Origin: Nemertoderma westbladi
Taxonomy: Eukaryota; Animalia; Xenacoelomorpha
Reading direction: 5' to 3'
Assembly: GCA_032718475.1 (NCBI GenBank)
Contig: JAUCBJ010009163.1
Span: 124,001 to 188,000, forward strand
DNA: 64,000 nucleotides
Part shown: positions 11,269-23,900 of the stretch, one piece after another
Layout: each line of letters opens with the position of its first letter
How positions within the stretch are numbered: position 1 is the first letter of the stretch
The notes under the pieces: model-generated
The model's database searches: none
The model's input: the letters and a program-made list of their open reading frames with translations, nothing else
Told to the model about the DNA's origin: nothing
Made by a program: the position numbers and the translations under genes

Positions 11269-12279
11269 TCAGGCGGAGTTGTTCATCAAATGATTCGCAG
11301 CCCTCATTTCCACATCGATGGCATCCAACACACGCTGAGTTCCTTCGCTATTACGGCTAAGTCCATCTAACCTTCTCCTCAACTCGTCATCACCTAAAAA
11401 ACGTTGATAGTCTGACAGATAGATGTCAATGGCATCCCTCTTATGCGGTTTCTCTGCCGTCGCTTCACTTTCCACTTGGGAAAAAGTAGCGTCTGTTGAT
11501 TCTCCATGGGTTGAGCGCTCCTCCAGCTGAGCTTTCCACTGAGCTGTTCCTTGAACCTGGCGACTCACCCATTGAAACCAAGTCTTTACGGCAACTTGCA
11601 ACGACGTGTCTTGTCTTCTTTTAGAAGCCTCCTCAAAGGCTGATAAGATTAGCCTGATTCGTAGAATTCTTTCTCTAACTTGATAAAGCAGTTGTCCCTG
11701 CTCTTGAGGTCCTTGAGGTTGTTGTAACAGTTGTTTTTCTACTCGCTCCATAGAGCTGAAGAATCCCTGTGCGTATCCGGCTGCGGACCTCTTCCACACA
11801 GCTGGATCGATGGTTTCCTTGGCTACTCCCATCCGGTGTATGTCTTCCCAGGCAGCTTCTGATAAATCAAACGGGAGTCCGGGTCCGGGGAAGTTCCATT
11901 GCGACTCGACCATGGACTTCAGTTCTTCCCTGGTGTATCCCGCATAACTATCTTTAGTTGAGCGCTTACTTCTCGCCCAATCGATCTGGTGTTCTTCCAC
12001 AGCGATCAATAACCTAGTGAGTACTGCTGCAGGAAGGATGAGAAGGGGATCCGAATAAACCGCATCCGTCATCTTTGCTCCGCGCTCGGGTGTCAGTTCT
12101 ACAGTATCTTCACTACTGGAGCTGTCGGGCCGCTGAGAAATGATTTCTTGGCTCACGGGTTGTTGCTGTTCCGCTGCTTCTTGGTCCCGCTTGACCTGAG
12201 CTCGAGTGCCTATGATAGACCTACGATGTTGGACCAGCCTAGGTTCTGTTATTACTACAGGAGGGATGACCTTCCTCAC
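11269..12279 (-). CDS. N-terminal part of element A Gag, separated from the polyprotein by an apparent 1-nt frameshift
   Basis: Overlaps the open polyprotein frame (...ESFDEQLRLTRVQEEQ...); one added base near 11298 would fuse EMRAA with ESFDEQ. Confidence 0.65.
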   Translation of the reverse strand: MRKVIPPVVITEPRLVQHRRSIIGTRAQVKRDQEAAEQQQPVSQEIISQRPDSSSSEDTVELTPERGAKMTDAVYSDPLLILPAAVLTRLLIAVEEHQIDWARSKRSTKDSYAGYTREELKSMVESQWNFPGPGLPFDLSEAAWEDIHRMGVAKETIDPAVWKRSAAGYAQGFFSSMERVEKQLLQQPQGPQEQGQLLYQVRERILRIRLILSAFEEASKRRQDTSLQVAVKTWFQWVSRQVQGTAQWKAQLEERSTHGESTDATFSQVESEATAEKPHKRDAIDIYLSDYQRFLGDDELRRRLDGLSRNSEGTQRVLDAIDVEMRAANHLMNNSA

Positions 12280-13699
12280 AGTGGGAGGTGAACTGAACTT
12301 ACGACTAGACGGTTCTACACCTCTATCTGAGTCGCAGATAGTTACATCTAATAAATTGTCCGACAGGTTCTGCTTAGTATCAGATATGTTTATGTGTACA
12401 GTTGAATACCTACTGCTATATTACAGTCTAAGCAAGTCTAGTAACTCAGTATTAACTGCTAGCCTAGTAATTAATTACCGATACTGCTACTCAGTGTAGC
12501 GTGATATATATAATATATTAGAATACCGGTATGCTTATAGTATATATAACTATATAAGTATTATTACAGACTAGGTTTATCACAGAATACCGGTATAATT
12601 TTAGCACAAATATATATAAATATATAATAGGCCTATCGGGAATACCGGTATACAGCTTACAGTTTATAGTATATATAATTCTGGACTAGAATTAATTACA
12701 AGTACCGGTATAATTTCAGCCGAAATTTATAGAAATAAAGATAATAGGCCTATCGTAAATACCGGTATATCAATTATTTTAAATAGTTGAATTTCTGAAT
12801 TTTAGGGTTACTTGGTTACTTTACTTACTTTATTACCGCTATTTTGAGCAGTAGTCCAACTGATATTGAGACCTAATGGTTGTATGGCAGGCCTACTATT
12901 TATAAATCGTTAGATTTGATTTATAATATATACATATACCCGTTTTAATGGGTTTTGTCAATGTTTGAAATAAATGTTATTATTTCTGGGGAGTAATCAC
13001 TACACAAAGCGGTGCGCTTTCAGTGAAGTGTTACTTATAGGACACTAAAACAAATAATGCTAATTTACCTAAGTTACTTAATACTACAAATTACGTACAA
13101 TTCGGGTGAGATTACAATCTCTAAATAAACACAAAAATTTACAAAAACACAAAATACGAATTTTCAGGGTAATTTTACAAGAAGTCTACAAACCAGCCTA
13201 ACAAAGGGTTAGAATCTGGTTATTACAACGGACAGGGTACTGCGGTATTTGAAAATAATACGTAGTAGTAAATACACTGCGTTGTCCAGATAGGAAAATA
13301 CCACCGCCTGACGACCTATAGCCGTATCGCTATAGGTACTACGTTATGTATCACGGAGTGTTCCTACCTAGAAGTTAATAGAGCTAATCGAACGTGCCTA
13401 TCAACCACTTTACAACACAAATATAATGCCTACACTAATTACTTTCGGAAAGCACTGTACACTAAACCCTAAATTAGGTACGAATACTTGTACAACATAT
13501 AATCAGTAGTTAAATATACTTGAACAGCTAAAAGAACCACGGCATCTGCTGGAGTGACCGGTCCACAAAATCACCAGTCTTTACCTACGCCAAACAGCCC
13601 GTGTAGTACCGGGGTTAATTTAACTATAGCGGTATGTATAACAAACACAATTATTGTAGGAACAAACTTGGGGAATGAATGTTGCGAATAATCGCATAA

Positions 13700-14277
13700 A
13701 CTCTGAATAATAAATATTACGCTACGCGTACAAACCACTCAAACAAAATGCAGACCAAATACTGACAGACTACTATCAAGCCTAAATAAACTACAGGACA
13801 TGCAGACTCCGAAATGATTAGGTAGTATGCGTTCTAACCCAGTAGCACGACTTATTCTTTAGTTGGGGGTTTACCTTACAGCTTTGGCTGCCCCTACTTC
13901 CTAACCGTTCTTTATCGGACAGAGGCTCTACACACACTGCAATCCGTTCAGACCTAACAACAGCCAGACAACTATCCAGCCTACAAATTATCTAAATAAA
14001 TATTATACGCTACATGTACAGACTACACAAACAAAGTACAGACTAAACGATGGCAGACTACTCTCAAGCCTAAATAAACTACAGGACATGCAGACTCCGA
14101 AATGATTAGGTAGTATGCGTTCTAACCCAGTAGTACGACTTATTCTTTAGTTGGGGGTTTACCTTACAGCTTTGGCTGCCCCTACTTCCTAACCGTTCTT
14201 TATCGGACAGGTGATCTACACACACTGCAATCCGTTCAGACTTAACAGCAATCAGACAACAGCCCAGCCTACAAATT
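13700..14277. repeat. Two-copy ~288-bp tandem duplication in the 2.2-kb 5' leader of element A
   Basis: The block TCAAGCCTAAATAAACTACAGGACATGCAG...CCAGCCTACAAATT occurs twice, offset by 288 bp. Confidence 0.88.
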
Positions 14278-14634
14278 GTCTGTACAATATGATCAGGCTT
14301 ACACGCCTTCTGTTCAATACTGGCCTACAAATAAATAAAACTGACAGAAATAAGTAAGCTCCAAAAGAAACAAGGGGTGTACAGTCCCTAATCTCTTAAA
14401 CAGCCTACCGGTATACAATAATCAAATCGAATAATACTAATGTACTTATACGGGAAGTACCGGTTAGGACAGTTGGGCCTGCGGACCTACAGAAGTACCG
14501 GTTCTGGCAGTTGGACCTACGGGCCTACAGCAGTACCGGTTCTGGCAGTTGGGCCTACTGACCTACAGATGCACCGTTCAGGTTTACCGGTTGACCGGTA
14601 CTTTCAACTTTATTGCTTACTGCAATAAAGAAGC

Positions 14635-14646
14635 TATATCCGTTAT
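14635..14646 (-). other. Non-tRNA primer-binding site of element A, complementary to its own LTR
   Basis: Minus-strand ATAACGGATATA abuts the 5' LTR with no TGG; it is the exact complement of minus-strand TATATCCGTTAT at 15391-15380. Confidence 0.75.
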
Positions 14647-15854
14647 TGTTCGCGCTTTCAGACCTTTGGCAGTTTAACCCGCCAAATTAGGATGTCTTTT
14701 AGATAATAAATCACTTTTAGCCTCTGACAAGTATTTGATTCACTACACTAGTCGAAACCAATCTGTGCGCGATCATTCACCCGCTGGATATACCCGGGAG
14801 ATTGGGTTCGACGGCTTAATCTTATTGCTATGTAAGCCTAATGTATTATTCGACTGACAGTATTATATAATCTCTGACAATATTATTCACCTTCGGGGAA
14901 TATTAACAGTTCCTTTAGGACGTGGCGCTCTATCTATATAAACAGAGTTATGACTTAAACTACTCACAACGATATGGCTTAGTTATAATTCACATATATG
15001 GCGCATTCTTTAGGAAATGCTTCGTTATCAGTCTCACTCATACGCAATGCTGCACAATACTGCACACTAATCTGCCGATCTTCACTGATTTTAGTCACAT
15101 ATAAAAAGAACACAGGCCGACTCATGTAGGGTCTATCAAATAACATTAGATTCACTTCAAACCACTTTAACATAAGTCACAATCGTTATATGTAACCTTT
15201 CTCTCTTACCTTCGGTATATCAAGAATATTGGGTTTCGGGGTTATTTCTCGTTATTCCAAATATAATAATTCATCAACCATATTATGAAGGACCGACAGT
15301 AAATAGCAGTATAACAATATAAAGTATGCACAGTGTTACACAGTATGCAGTGTCAGTAAGATATTAAGGTTTGTGTGTGATAACGGATATATGTCCTTAT
15401 AATTAAGCCTACTAGTGTTAGGCTAAAACAGAAAAGCACAAAATATTCCCAAGCCGCTCTCTCCTGGCTCAGGACAGAATGTAAACACTGCCCATAACGC
15501 ATTGCGTGATTTCTAGGAAATTTCTGTACAAGAGCCATAAAAATGCTCTGATTGGCTGACTGAACTGAGAGATGCCGTAGAACAAAGAAAATCGACACGT
15601 ATGAATATCAGCTGTTAACCGTCGTCATAGTAACTACTGTTCAAGAGTAGCTATCACCTTTTGCGTCACGGAATTGCCATAGAATCATCAACTATGCCTT
15701 TCACAGTACACATACGGAGGAAATAGCTCTTAGATCCTCTAAAAAACACCGATACAGCAATAATACGGTCTCTTACACCTTTTAAATCAACTACAGAGTA
15801 TTTTAATGTAAAAGATAATAAAAATAACGGGGCAATTCAGCAAAGGCTTTTACA
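14647..15854 (-). repeat. 5' LTR of element A (1208 bp)
   Basis: Minus strand reads TGTAAAAG...GCGAACA; CCAAT motif near 15551-15555. Confidence 0.95.
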
Positions 15855-17970
15855 CCACGAGATAGAGAATCTTAAATGAAAGTCAAAAGAACAGGTAACA
15901 CTTACATTTATAGAAGTAATCAGCTGTTATTTGCTACGTCTTTCCGCTGAAAATGAATGAATTATTTCATATTTATAACTTCTATCCCACTCCACGAGAT
16001 AGAGAATCTTAAATGAACGTCAAAAGAACAGGTAACACTTACATTTATAGCAGTAAACAGCTGTTATTTGCTACGTCTTTCCGCTGGAGATGGATGAATT
16101 TTGATTGCATTGGAACACCCCCTATCTGTGGCTGTATGAGTGGAGAGATAAGTAGCCTATCTCCCTGTTAATATAATATCTAGAATATTTATTATAGTTT
16201 CATCCTATTGCTAAAGTGACTAGAGCTGAAGTTAACTCATAATACAATAATTCACCTCAAATATCTCAGCTATTTCATGAACATAATGAAGTATTAAAGC
16301 CATGTCAAAATCCTTGGTGTTTTTCTGCAATAATTTATCAAAATATCCTCTGTTTTTTTACAAAAAGCATATCGATTTTCATATTTATAACTTCTAACCC
16401 ACTCCAAGAGATAGAGAATCTTAAATGAAAGTCACAAGAACAGGTAACACTTACATTTATAGCAGTAATAAGCTGTTATATGCTACGTCTTTCCGCTGGA
16501 GTTGGATGAATTTTGATTGTGTCAGAACACCGCCTTATCTGTGGCTGTCTAAGTGGAGAGATAAGTATCCTATTTCCGTGTTAATATTGTTGTGTTCTAG
16601 AATATTTATTATAGTTTCATCGTATTGCTAAAGTGGCTGGAGCTAAAGTTATTATGTAATGCAATAATTCACCTCAAATATCACAGCTATTTCATGAACA
16701 TAATGAAGTATTAAAGCCATGTCAAAATACTTGGTGTTTTTCTGTAATAATTTATCAAAATATCCTCATTTTTTTTTTAAAAACCATTTCGATTTTCTTA
16801 TTTATATCTTCTAACCCACTCCACGAGATAGAGAATCTTAAATGAAAGTCAAAAGAACAGGTAACACTTACATTTATAGAAGTAATCAGCTGTTATTTGC
16901 TACGTCTTTCCGCTGAAGATGAATGAATTTTGATTGTGTCAGAACACCCCCTATCTGCGTCTTTCAGAGTGGAGAGATAAGTATCCTATCTCCCTATTAA
17001 TATTGTTGTGTTCTAGAAAATTTTTTATAGTTTCATCGTATTGCCAAAGTTACTAGAGCTGAAGTTAACTCATAATACAATAATTCACCTCAAATATCTC
17101 AGCTATTTCATGAACATAATGAAGTATTAAAGCCATGTCAAAATACTTGGTATTTTTCTGCAATAATTTATCAAAATATCCTCTGATTCTTTACTATAAC
17201 CATATCGATTTTCATATTTATAACTTCTAACCCACTCCACGAGATAGCGAATCTTAAATGAAAGTCAAAAGAACAGGTAACACTTACATTAATAGAAGTA
17301 ATCAGCTGTTATTTGCTACATCTTTCTGCCAGAGATGGATGAATTTTGATTGTGTCAGAACACCCTCTATCTGTGGTTGTAGGAGTGGAGAGATAAGTAG
17401 CCTATCTCGCTATTAATATTGTTGTATTCTATAATATTTATTATAGTTTCATCGTATTGCTAAAGTGGCTGGAGCTAAAGTTATTATGTAATGCAATAAT
17501 TCACCTCAAATATCTCAGCTATTTCATGAACATAATGAAGTATTAAAGCCATGTCAAAATCCTTCGTGTTTTTCTGCAATAATTGATCAAAATATCCTGT
17601 AATTTTTTACAAAAACCATATCGATTTTCATATTTATAACTTCTATCCCACTCCACGAGATAGAGAATCTTAAATGAACGTCAAAAGAACAGGTAACACT
17701 TACATTTATAGAAGTAATCAGCTGTTATTTGCTACGTCTTTCCGCTGGAGATGGATGAATTTTGATTGTGTCAGAACACCCCCTATCTGTGGCTTTCTGA
17801 GTGGAGAGATAAGTAGCCTATCTCCCTATTAATATTGTTGTGTTCTAGAATATTTTTTATTGTTTCATCGTATTGCCAAAGTGACTGGAGCTGAAGTTAA
17901 CTTATAATACTATAATTCACCTCAAATATCTCAGCTATTTCATGAACATAATGAAGTATTAAAGCCATGT
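15855..17970. repeat. 416-bp satellite (block 2), including one 137-bp truncated monomer
   Basis: The satellite resumes in register after the TSD; deletion junction at ~15960. Confidence 0.96.
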
Positions 17971-18519
17971 TGTGACGGGATCTACGGATCCCGGTTTATC
18001 CGTTGGGTTTTCTATCTACGCGTCCCCGCCGTGTGTGAAAGGTAAAAGAGTTCTGATGTTCGGTAATATGTATAAAGGTATAATAGTCTGATATAGCACA
18101 GTATAGTATGACACGGTTACCGGTAGATAAGTATGATGGCGGTAGCGGACGGTGACAGAAGTCCCCATTCCACCCTACTGATCTGACTGAGTAAACTAAA
18201 CTGAATAGGGAAGCACCAACAGGTAATATATGTACTGCACAGTTGGCCATATTACTGTACCTAGTCGATGCTGTCCCCCCATTGGCTAATATCCCACTTC
18301 TCGCCCTTTCACCTTCCCTGGTGTGTTTCCCGTTGCCCCTGTTGTTCTCTCTCTGTTAGGGGTTTGGCCCCTGACCCTTATTGTGTGTGTCTCCTTTGGG
18401 GCCTATTGTCCCCGTTTACTGGGCTGACACGAGGTTGATTGGTAATCAACCTCGTGCTCCCAATATTGCTCAACGGCTTACTTTGTGGGTTCATGTTAGC
18501 GGAATTGGATAAGCTAACA
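17971..18519 (-). repeat. 3' LTR of element B
   Basis: Repeat of 25002-25550 (offset 7031); TGTGAC...TAACA. Confidence 0.96.
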
Positions 18520-18557
18520 CTCCCCCCCATGCTATCTTCCCGGTGAGAAGATAGCAT
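18520..18557 (-). other. Polypurine tract of element B with adjacent 11-bp hairpin
   Basis: Minus-strand G-run plus AG abuts the LTR; ATGCTATCTTC/GAAGATAGCAT inverted repeat at 18529-18557; the same arrangement occurs in C at 27218-27255. Confidence 0.85.
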
Positions 18558-19189
18558 CCACCAAAAAGTGCGCTACAATTCCGCTGGATCCCGATCTAGT
18601 ATCGGGTGTGGGGTGGGTTATTTTCTTTCGGAGTCGGCTTTCCAGGCCGCTCCCTATGGGTATGATGTCACTACCCTCTGGCGTCTCGTGTCGGGCCGAT
18701 CATGCGCTTCTCTCACACAACTTTTGTTTCCCCAACACTTTCGCCCTGACTCTACTCTTCCTCTCCTCTCTTGCTCTAACTCTTGGACTTCCCTGTCCCT
18801 CACTCTTCCTCTCACTTCTCCCCCCCCCCCACGTTTGAATTGCGCCCACACTCTCTCCACACTATCTCCATACCACCTCTCGCTATCTCTCTTGCCCTCC
18901 CTAAGGCCCTAATCTCTAATGCTACCCTTGTGCTATCATACCATCTACCTACTGCTTACTAACTCTAACTATCTAACTCTACTAACTACTAACTCTACTC
19001 TCCGCTAACTCTCACTACTTCTGGTTCTAAATAAAGCCTCTAACTTTCTACTAACTCTAACTAGAACTACTAAGTCTAGCTAACTCCTACTAACTCTCTA
19101 CTTCTACTAACTCTACTTGACTCATCTAAGTCTACCAACTCTCTAGCCCTTTAACTAGAACTCCCTAACTCTACCCACTCTTCTAACTA

Positions 19190-20910
19190 CGTGGCGCTTG
19201 CGGTGCCCACAACCACTCTACTATCTGGCACCCTATGTGCCCTTCTACTACTCAACTACCTCTCTAGCTCTACTACCTGGCACCCTATGTGCCCTCTCTG
19301 CTCTACTCTACTACCTGGCACCCTATGTGCCCTCTCTACTACACTACTACCTCTCTAACTCTACTACCTGGCACCCTATGTGCCCTCTCTACTACTCTAC
19401 TCTATCTCTAACTCTCTAACTCTACTACCTGGCACCCTATGTGCCCTCTCTGCTCTACTCTACTACCTGGCACCCTATGTGCCCATCTCTACTACACTAC
19501 TACCTCTCTAACTCTACTACCTGGCACCCTATGTGCCCTCTCTACTGCTCTACTCTATCTCTAACTCTACTACCTGGCACCCTATGTGCCCGTCTCTACT
19601 ACTCTACTCTATCTCTAACTCTCTAACTCTACTACCTGGCACCCTATGTGCCCGTCTCTACTATTCTACTATCTGGCACCCTATGTGCCCTCTCTGCTAC
19701 CTCTAACACTCTAACTCTACTACCTGGCACCCTATGTGCCCTCTCTACTCTACTCTACTATCTGGCACCCTATGTGCCCTGTCTACCACTCTACTCTATC
19801 TCTAACTTACTTCCTTTACATCTGCTCCCTTTACGTCTACTCGCCTACACGTGACGCTCTGAATGCCGGCAGAGCGGGTACGTTAATTATGTGAACTACT
19901 ACTAACTCTTACTAACTCTCTACGTGGCGCTAACGGTGCCCACAACCACAACCGGTACTACGTACCCTCTTACTAACTCTACCTCTATCTACGTGGCGCT
20001 AACGGTGCCCACAACCACAACCGGTACTACGTACCCTCTTACTAACCTCTAACTCCCACTAACTCTAATTAACATACCCTGCTCTTACATCAAACACGTC
20101 ATCACGCCCGTGCCCCACTAAGTTCAGCGCATCCCCTACTAACTCTATCTAATGAGACTAACTACGTGGCGCTTACGGTGCCCACAACCCTCTACTGCTA
20201 CTACTTTCTATGTGGCGCTTACGGTGCCCACAACCATTCTACTACTAACTCTACTCTGCTAACTCTCTACTAACGGTACTACGTACCCTCTCACTAACTT
20301 CCTAACTCTCCTAACTACGTACCCCCTAACTCTTACTCTAACTAGCGGTACTACGTACCCTCTCACTACTCTAACTCCACTAACTAACGGTACTACGTAC
20401 CCTTTAACTCTTACTCTAACTAGCGGTACTACGTACCCTCTAACTCTAACTAACTAGCGGTACTTACGTACCCTCTAACTCTCTAACTAACTAGCGGTAC
20501 TTACGTACCCTCTAACTCTCTAACTAACTAACGGTACTTACGTACCCTCTAACTCTCTAACTAACTAGCGGTACTTACGTACCCTCTAACTCTCTAACTA
20601 ACTAGCGGTACTTACGTACCCTCTAACTCTAACTAACTAGCGGTACTTACGTACCCTCTAACTCTAACTACCTAGCGGTACTTACGTACCCTCTAACTCT
20701 CTAACTAACTAGCGGTACTTACGTACCCTCTAACTCTAACTAACTAGCGGTACTTACGTACCGTACCCTCTAACTCTCTAACTAACTAGCGGTACTTACG
20801 TACCCTCTAACTCTCTAACTAACTAGCGGTACTTACGTACCCCTTAACTCCTACTCTCTAACGGTACTGCGTACCCTCTAACTCTTACTCTCTAACGGTA
20901 CTACGTACCA
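19190..20910 (-). repeat. 3'-UTR array of short palindromic stem-loops in element B
   Basis: 12 copies of GGCACCCTATGTGCC (19227-19778), several GTGGCGCT...GTGCCCAC and about 20 GGTAC(T)TACGTACC, separated by CTA/CT-rich spacers. Confidence 0.9.
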
Positions 20911-20992
20911 CCCTTTAACTAACTAACTAACTAACTAACTCTTACTACCTAACTTCTACCTACTCTATTATTTAATTATTTTCTTATTTTAA

Positions 20993-23900
20993 TTAAATAA
21001 TTATTTTATATTTTGTGCGTGGGAAGGGCGTCTCGCCCTCATTCCCACCCCCCTCAGTCCAAAACTTTGGACGACTAAAAACTTTCTGGTGCCCCTTCTT
21101 CCAGTAGGCACTCTCCCGCTGCCCTCCTATACGCCCTCTAACTCTTCGCCACACTCTCTTCGGTACTACCTCTGCTGGCCTCCCCCTCCGTATGTGCGCT
21201 GGCATTAAAGGCCTCGACGACCCCCGCTTGTCCCTCGGTATACACGGCGTCTGCCCATGTAATGCCCCCTCGCACTGTGTCAATCCTGCGCGTGTATGCA
21301 ACACGCCTCCTTCTACTTTCCCGACTCCTTTATGTTTGCTCATGGGCTTCTCTGCCCCTGGTTTAGTCCTTTCACATCCTCTCCCTTTCCAATACTCTCC
21401 GGATCTGTGTCCTTTTACCACACATCGATGACATAGTCCGTTTGCGTCTGTGTAGGCTACACGATCTCTTTTGGGCAACGCTTGCCAGTACTTACAACTC
21501 CTGGTCTTATGGGTTCCATTCCGATGTAATTGACATTGGAATCCTGGATTATAGCGTTTCCTGTATAGTCCTTCACGTATCGCGCTTAGGTTTATATGTA
21601 TCGATTTAATGTTTCGATTGTCTAGACTCCGCCTACTGGGTATATTGGGATTGTGTTTATTTTTGGTGTTATTTTCTTCCTGTCCCCGCCACGGTCTGGC
21701 CCTGCTACCAGCTAACTGTGGACTAGCAGTCCCCTGTACGGCCGCGTGTGGTAGTGACTGTCCGCACGACCTGTTCTCGTCCAGGGAGTTCGATATTCTT
21801 GCTCCTATCGGGGTATATTGTCGATATTGTGATGGGGGAATGTCACCCTGTCCCCCCCCCGGCCGGTATGTTTGGTACTGGGGTTGATGTTAATACATTG
21901 GGGCCCATACGTCTATCTCCAATAACTCCCCCCTCCCCTGGATATATGTTATGTCCCTGTGTATTATAGTCATGCTGCTGTACCGATATAGGCCTACCTA
22001 CCTCTCGCCTACCTACCGGTATGTACTCCGCGACTTCCGGGTTTAATCCCGTCGTTCGCGCTACCCCATCGCCTACTCTATCTCTCCCAGCATGGCCTAT
22101 AATAGTATGTGCAGTAAGGCCTACAGTATGTCCTGCAGTCTGCATGTGCCCTTCCGAACCGAAGTTTATTCTTCGCGAATCTCGAATCTCCCCGCGACTA
22201 CCGTACTCTCGATCGGCAGCTATATCACGTCGGGAAGTTTCCCTTCGATCCCCTATCCTGTTCTCGTCTTCGTATTTGTACGTCCTGTACCCCTCTCTTG
22301 GCGTGCGGTGCGTTTCTCCGGGGCGACGGCAATCTCCCGAAGTTCGACCCCACTGACTCCCTAACTCCATCTCTACTATCGACGGTCCGCTATCCGTCCT
22401 CGCACTCCTATCGTTCGTGGCGACACCTTTTCTACTATCTCCTCTTCTTCTCTTTTCAGTGCAGTATTCCGGCTCATGAGATCTCTCGTCGACCTCCCGG
22501 TTAAACTCCACTGTTCTTCTTCTCTCTTCTGATCGGGCTCGACGCTTCGTCTGCCCTCTCGCGACGTCAACCTGCCTCTCTCTGCTCGATCGCACGCCGC
22601 TGGGGGTACTCGCAACCCCCCCATTACTCTCCGTCGCCGGGTGTTGCGGTTTACCTGATTCGGCCCGCGCATTATCCGCTGACGGCTGTGGGACACTCTC
22701 TGCCCCCCCTCTCTCTCTACTAACTTCTCGCGGTGGGGTGCCCGTAGCCCCCCCCCCCCCACCCGCCACTTCTAACTCCACTATCTCTTACTACACTTCT
22801 GCGTCCCTCTTGTCGGACATTCTCTACCCCCCTTCTCTCGCCACTAATCTTTCGTGGTGGGGCTCCTGTAGCCCCCCCCCCCCACCCGCTACTTCTAACT
22901 TCACTACCTCCTACTACACCTCTACACCCCTCTTGTGGGGCATTCTCTGCCCCCCCTCTCTCGCCACTAGTCTTACGTGGTGGGGCGCCGGTAGCCCCCC
23001 CCCCCCCCACTCGCCACATCTAACTTCACTATCTCTTACTTCGTCTCTACACCCCTCTCTAGTCGACACGCTGTCTCTACTACGGCTGGGTCTATTCACC
23101 CCCGCCTCTCTCTCTACTACTGCGTGGCCCATCAGGCCCACCTCGGGTTGGCTCAACCCCGCTACCTCCTGCCTACCAACTACGTGGCCTACCAGGCCGC
23201 CGTCGGGTTGGCTCAGCCCCGCCACCTCCTGCCTACTAACTGCGTGGCCTACCAGGCCGCCGCCTGCCGGGCTATACACGTCTGACACGCTCATATTAAT
23301 AGCACCATTCCCAATATTATTTGTTAAATCAATTAAATTATTAGAATTTGAAACGGGACTGTTATTTAAATTATTTAAATTAGGATTATTATTATTTTCA
23401 AAATTTAAATTATTGTTCGAATTATTTGAATTATTCTGAATATTTGAATTAACGTTATTATTTGAGTTTAAACTTAAATTACTACTACCGGGTAAGATAT
23501 TACCTGTAATAAAGGGATTAGGGTTATTTACTACGGTACTATTAATACCAATATTTCCTAACGCACTACTACTACCCCCCCCCCCCCGCCCGTACGGCTA
23601 CACCAGTTCTGGTTTTCTCGCTCGGTGTCTGTAAGTGGGGTCTCACTCTGTGATAGTTCCAACCGCACCAGTTCTAGTCGGCGCTGGTTTAGTTTGGCTT
23701 GATATTGTGTAAGCCTCTCTAGCTGGGCACGCAAATCATCCCGCACGCGCTTATCCTCTATTTCTCTCTCTCGTGTACTCTGCTCGGCCAACTCTACCCT
23801 TCTCGCAACCATCTCAAACCGCCTCGCCGGCTCGCTCATCTCCCGCTCTCTACACTCCTTGGCTCTCTTTCTACACTCCTCGGCGCTCTCTCTATACTCC

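Larger units (their letters stand above)
2632..15854 (-). mobile_element. BEL/Pao LTR retrotransposon A (13.2 kb), integrase-less, with extra 3' ORF
   Basis: TG...CA-bounded LTRs at 2632-3788 and 14647-15854; 5-bp TSD CCACG (2627-2631, 15855-15859); BEL-type gag-PR-RT-RH polyprotein on the minus strand. Confidence 0.95.

Noticed and set aside
10913-11370. TolA-like or antifreeze-like proteins in plus-strand ORFs
   Set aside because: Antisense shadows of the GCN-rich Gag repeat
13700-14277. Hammerhead or other self-cleaving ribozyme in the duplicated leader block
   Set aside because: No CUGANGA/GAAA core with proper stems seen on either strand; a covariance-model search would be needed
19190-20910. 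CRISPR-like array of palindromic repeats with spacers
   Set aside because: Repeats are only 13-15 bp, spacers are low-complexity and mutually similar, there are no cas genes, and the context is a eukaryotic retrotransposon UTR
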